Assembly: GCA_963744145.1 (NCBI GenBank)
Contig: CAVUSO010000001.1
Coordinates: forward strand, 2,688,001 to 2,752,000
Reading direction: 5' to 3'
Origin: an uncultured cyanobacterium
Lineage (GTDB): Bacteria; Cyanobacteriota; Cyanobacteriia; Cyanobacteriales; CAWUOF01
DNA length: 64,000 bases
In this document: positions 61,295 to 64,000 of the stretch, in pieces
How the letters are laid out: the number at the start of each line of letters is the position of its first letter
How positions within the stretch are numbered: position 1 is the first letter of the stretch
Notes under the pieces: generated by a model
The model's input: the letters and a program-made list of their open reading frames with translations, nothing else
Databases searched by the model: none
What the model was told of the DNA's origin: nothing
Made by a program: the position numbers and the translations under genes

Positions 61295-62185
61295 ATGTTT
61301 ACTTTCTGGTCTTGGTGTCGTTGGTTGATTACACTGACTCTCCTCGTCTGCTTAAGTGGATGTCCTTTTAGCAAATCCAGCTCTACTATTACTAAACCTG
61401 AAAGTGTGCATCTGCTGCTGGGAAATCCTAGTGGAGCGACTACCAATATTGCCAATCAAGACAATTACTTAATTTTGCGACCACAATACTCCTTATCATA
61501 TAATAGAAGTAAAGGTACACCAAACTGGTCGAGTTGGCAGCTAAATCAATCCTGGTTAGGTAATGCACCTCGTCAAAATAATTTTCGACCAGATCAGAGT
61601 CTACCCCCAGGATGGGATCAAGTCAGACCGAGCGATTATATTCACACAGGTTACGACAAAGGACATTTAACCCCCTCAGCCGATCGCTCGCGCACGATTG
61701 AAGATAACTCTGCTACCTTTTTAATGACCAATATGATACCCCAATCTCCCGACAATAATCAAGGTCCTTGGGCTGATTTAGAAGATTATTGTCGTAGTCT
61801 TGCCCATGCAGGGAAAGAATTGTATATTATAGCTGGTATAGCCGGAAAGCAAGGAACCATTGCCCAAGGAAAAGTCACCGTTCCCCAAGTAACTTGGAAA
61901 ATTATTGTTGTGTTCGATCATCCTGGTAGTGGAAGTCAAGATGTGACTAAGAATACCCCTGTGATTGCGATCGAAATGCCTAATTCTTCAGGGATAAGAA
62001 CCAAAAATTGGCAAAGTTTCCAAACTACTGTTCATCAAATCGAAGTACATACAGGGTATAATTTCCTTTCTAATATTTCCCCATCGATTCAAAAAGAAAT
62101 TGAAATAAAAATATTGAGCCCATTCAGCCCACTCAAAAAATATTCAGCCCATTCAGCCCACCATCACCATCACCATCGCCATTGA
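61295..62185 (+). CDS. nucA: Sugar-non-specific nuclease, NucA-like
   Basis: HLLLGNPSGA, YDKGHL, TFLMTNMIPQ..NNQGPW..LE; lipobox-like LSGC. Confidence 0.88.
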   Translation: MFTFWSWCRWLITLTLLVCLSGCPFSKSSSTITKPESVHLLLGNPSGATTNIANQDNYLILRPQYSLSYNRSKGTPNWSSWQLNQSWLGNAPRQNNFRPDQSLPPGWDQVRPSDYIHTGYDKGHLTPSADRSRTIEDNSATFLMTNMIPQSPDNNQGPWADLEDYCRSLAHAGKELYIIAGIAGKQGTIAQGKVTVPQVTWKIIVVFDHPGSGSQDVTKNTPVIAIEMPNSSGIRTKNWQSFQTTVHQIEVHTGYNFLSNISPSIQKEIEIKILSPFSPLKKYSAHSAHHHHHHRH

Positions 62186-62300
62186 TATTAAAGGAAATTG
62201 AACTAAAAATATTCAGCCCACTCCCGCACTTAAAATCTATAATTTAGGTGAGGCTCATTCAAAGTCCGTTAACATATTCAACAAGTTTTCCAGGTAGCAG

Positions 62301-63092
62301 ATGACACAAAACTTACCTCCACAAGGTGAAGAACGCCAAGTTAGACTAGTGAGTGGAACATCCATTGATGGGGCTCCAATCACCTATATTATTGTACTGG
62401 CAGCCGTGGTGACTGCCTTGTCATTTATTCCGTTCTCCATTGTCCTGGGTTCTTCAGGTGGTGCGCTGACCTTGAGGGACGGGATTCTCCCTCTGTTAGG
62501 GTGGTTGTTGGGACCGATCGCTGGTTTGGTGGCCACTGGAATTGGGACATTGATTAGTGTCGCTCTGGTGCCCTATGCAGCTGGTTTTCCGATCATTACT
62601 ATCGGATCTGCTATGTTAGTTACCTTTGCTGCGGGAAACATGAATGTAGGGGGGAAGCGCAGATATTGGCCGATCGGCTTAACGATTTTGTTTATTCTCC
62701 AATATTGTTTCTATGGGTACAATGCGATCGTCCGCAATGGTATCCCCTTGAATATATTCTTTGCTGGCTCCTTTATTGATTGGTCAGCGCTACTGCTGTT
62801 TGCTTTACCGACTCGTCAATTATTTTCGCGCTGGATCAATAGCCCCAATCTAGGTCTGGTGGCGATCGGATTATTTGCAGGAACCTGGACTATTTCTGGA
62901 GTCGGACATATAAGTGCAGACAGTATTACTTATGTAATTTACAATTGGCCCAAAGAAACCTGGGTGATGCTTATCCCCATAATTCCCTATGAAAATTCGA
63001 TTCGCTGTATCACTGGTATGGTGATTGGGACAGGTGTGATTTCTGGCTTACGGGCGCTTAATCTAGTGAAGCCCAAACACGCCATTTACTAA
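62301..63092 (+). CDS. Membrane protein, probable ECF transporter substrate-binding (S) component
   Basis: Multiple TM helices, PLLGWLLGPIAG; immediately upstream of an ECF-type ATPase. Confidence 0.65.
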   Translation: MTQNLPPQGEERQVRLVSGTSIDGAPITYIIVLAAVVTALSFIPFSIVLGSSGGALTLRDGILPLLGWLLGPIAGLVATGIGTLISVALVPYAAGFPIITIGSAMLVTFAAGNMNVGGKRRYWPIGLTILFILQYCFYGYNAIVRNGIPLNIFFAGSFIDWSALLLFALPTRQLFSRWINSPNLGLVAIGLFAGTWTISGVGHISADSITYVIYNWPKETWVMLIPIIPYENSIRCITGMVIGTGVISGLRALNLVKPKHAIY

Positions 63093-63203
63093 TGCAAGTT
63101 GCTAGTTATTAATTTTGAGAAAATTTGCACGCTGTCGGGTGTGCCAGAAGACCAAAATTAGTGCTGATCTGCAAAATTTTCCAGTCTGACACACTATACT
63201 CAA

Positions 63204-63327
63204 TAGACTTCTTGCAAAAATAATTAAAACAGGCAAGATGCCTGTCCCACAAAAGTCTTTTTTGGTTGTGGGACAGGCATCTTGCCTGTCCAATAAATCG
63301 ATCAACATGACTTTTGCAAGAGGTCTA
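63204..63327. mobile_element. MITE-like element (~124 bp) with internal REP hairpin
   Basis: TAGACTTCTTGCAAAA ... TTTTGCAAGAGGTCTA termini; internal ACAGGCAAGATGCCTGTCCCACAA / TTGTGGGACAGGCATCTTGCCTGT. Confidence 0.7.
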
Positions 63328-63359
63328 ATATAACTAACAACTTGAGTTACTAAACAATT

Positions 63360-64000
63360 ATGGATATCATTGCCAACTTAGAGCAGGTTTCCTATTTTTA
63401 TCCAGGTTCTAAGGAGCCAGTTTTAAAAGATATTTCCTTCACCGTTCGACGGGGAGAATTTTTGGGCATTATTGGACCAACAGGAGCCGGGAAAACTACT
63501 CTCTGTCTGGCTCTGAATGGGATTATTCCTCAGTTTTATGGGGGACGTTTTTTTGGGCGGATTACTGTTGCTGGAATGGATACGTTGGAATATCCGATCA
63601 GTCAATTAGCGCATAATGTGGGAATAGTGTTTGAAGATCCGGAGATCCAACTTACCAGTACATCTGTAGAGAATGAGATTGCCTTTCCCTTAGAAAACCT
63701 TTGTGTACCTCGTCACACCATCATTGAACGCATCCCGCGAGTGCTTGAAGCAGTACGGCTAAAAGGATTTGAACAAAAAAGTCCCCAGGAATTATCCGGT
63801 GGGCAAAAGCAAAGATTAGCGATCGCCACAGCTCTAGCAGTGCAACCAGAACTACTGATTCTGGATGAACCGACCTCCCAACTCGATCCGATCGGCACCC
63901 AGGAAGTATTTGCTACAGCGCAAAAATTGCAGGCAGAATCGGGTGTAACTATTATTATGGTATCCCATGCGGCGGAAGAATTGGCAGAATATGCCGATCG
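63360..64000 (+). CDS. ECF/ABC transporter ATP-binding protein (partial, runs off the window)
   Basis: Manual translation MDIIANLEQVSYFYPG..GPTGAGKTT..LSGGQKQRLAIA..ILDEPTSQLDP. Confidence 0.9.
   Translation, partial: MDIIANLEQVSYFYPGSKEPVLKDISFTVRRGEFLGIIGPTGAGKTTLCLALNGIIPQFYGGRFFGRITVAGMDTLEYPISQLAHNVGIVFEDPEIQLTSTSVENEIAFPLENLCVPRHTIIERIPRVLEAVRLKGFEQKSPQELSGGQKQRLAIATALAVQPELLILDEPTSQLDPIGTQEVFATAQKLQAESGVTIIMVSHAAEELAEYAD

Noticed and set aside
1..64000. tRNA, rRNA, prophage or integrase genes
   Set aside because: None recognised; the HK97-fold gene is an encapsulin and the lysozyme-like gene has no phage neighbours

Overview
This is a cyanobacterial chromosomal segment: the HIP1 octamer GCGATCGC is abundant, and cpcS-cpcG, petM, inrS and hemL are present. 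An NsiR1-like RNA suggests a filamentous lineage. Core genes are interspersed with four accessory blocks. (1) 3.6-5.3 kb: a Type II restriction-modification module with a C-protein, a C-box and a frameshifted endonuclease. (2) 7.5-14.1 kb: a sulfur locus built on a Family 2B (cNMP-domain) encapsulin shell with a cysteine desulfurase cargo. It also carries a YeeE/YedE pair, a Cys-less Rrf2 regulator, a deleted persulfide dioxygenase remnant and three TTAACGG-N7-CCGTTAA palindromes in the promoter region. (3) 21.5-30.6 kb: two tandem NsiR1-like small RNAs next to an uncharacterised divergent isoprenoid/glycosylation cluster (polyprenyl synthase, cyclase/hydratase-fold protein, GT1, SCP2-like protein, pentapeptide-LamG protein). 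(4) 36-53.3 kb: a defence/plasticity island with TA modules, HIP1-anchored direct repeats, Uma2, a CHAP hydrolase unit divergent from an HTH-STAND-WD40 gene split by an IS (which itself carries a REP doublet), and a PARIS-like AAA+DUF4435 pair. All calls come from reading motifs by eye; no database searches were run.
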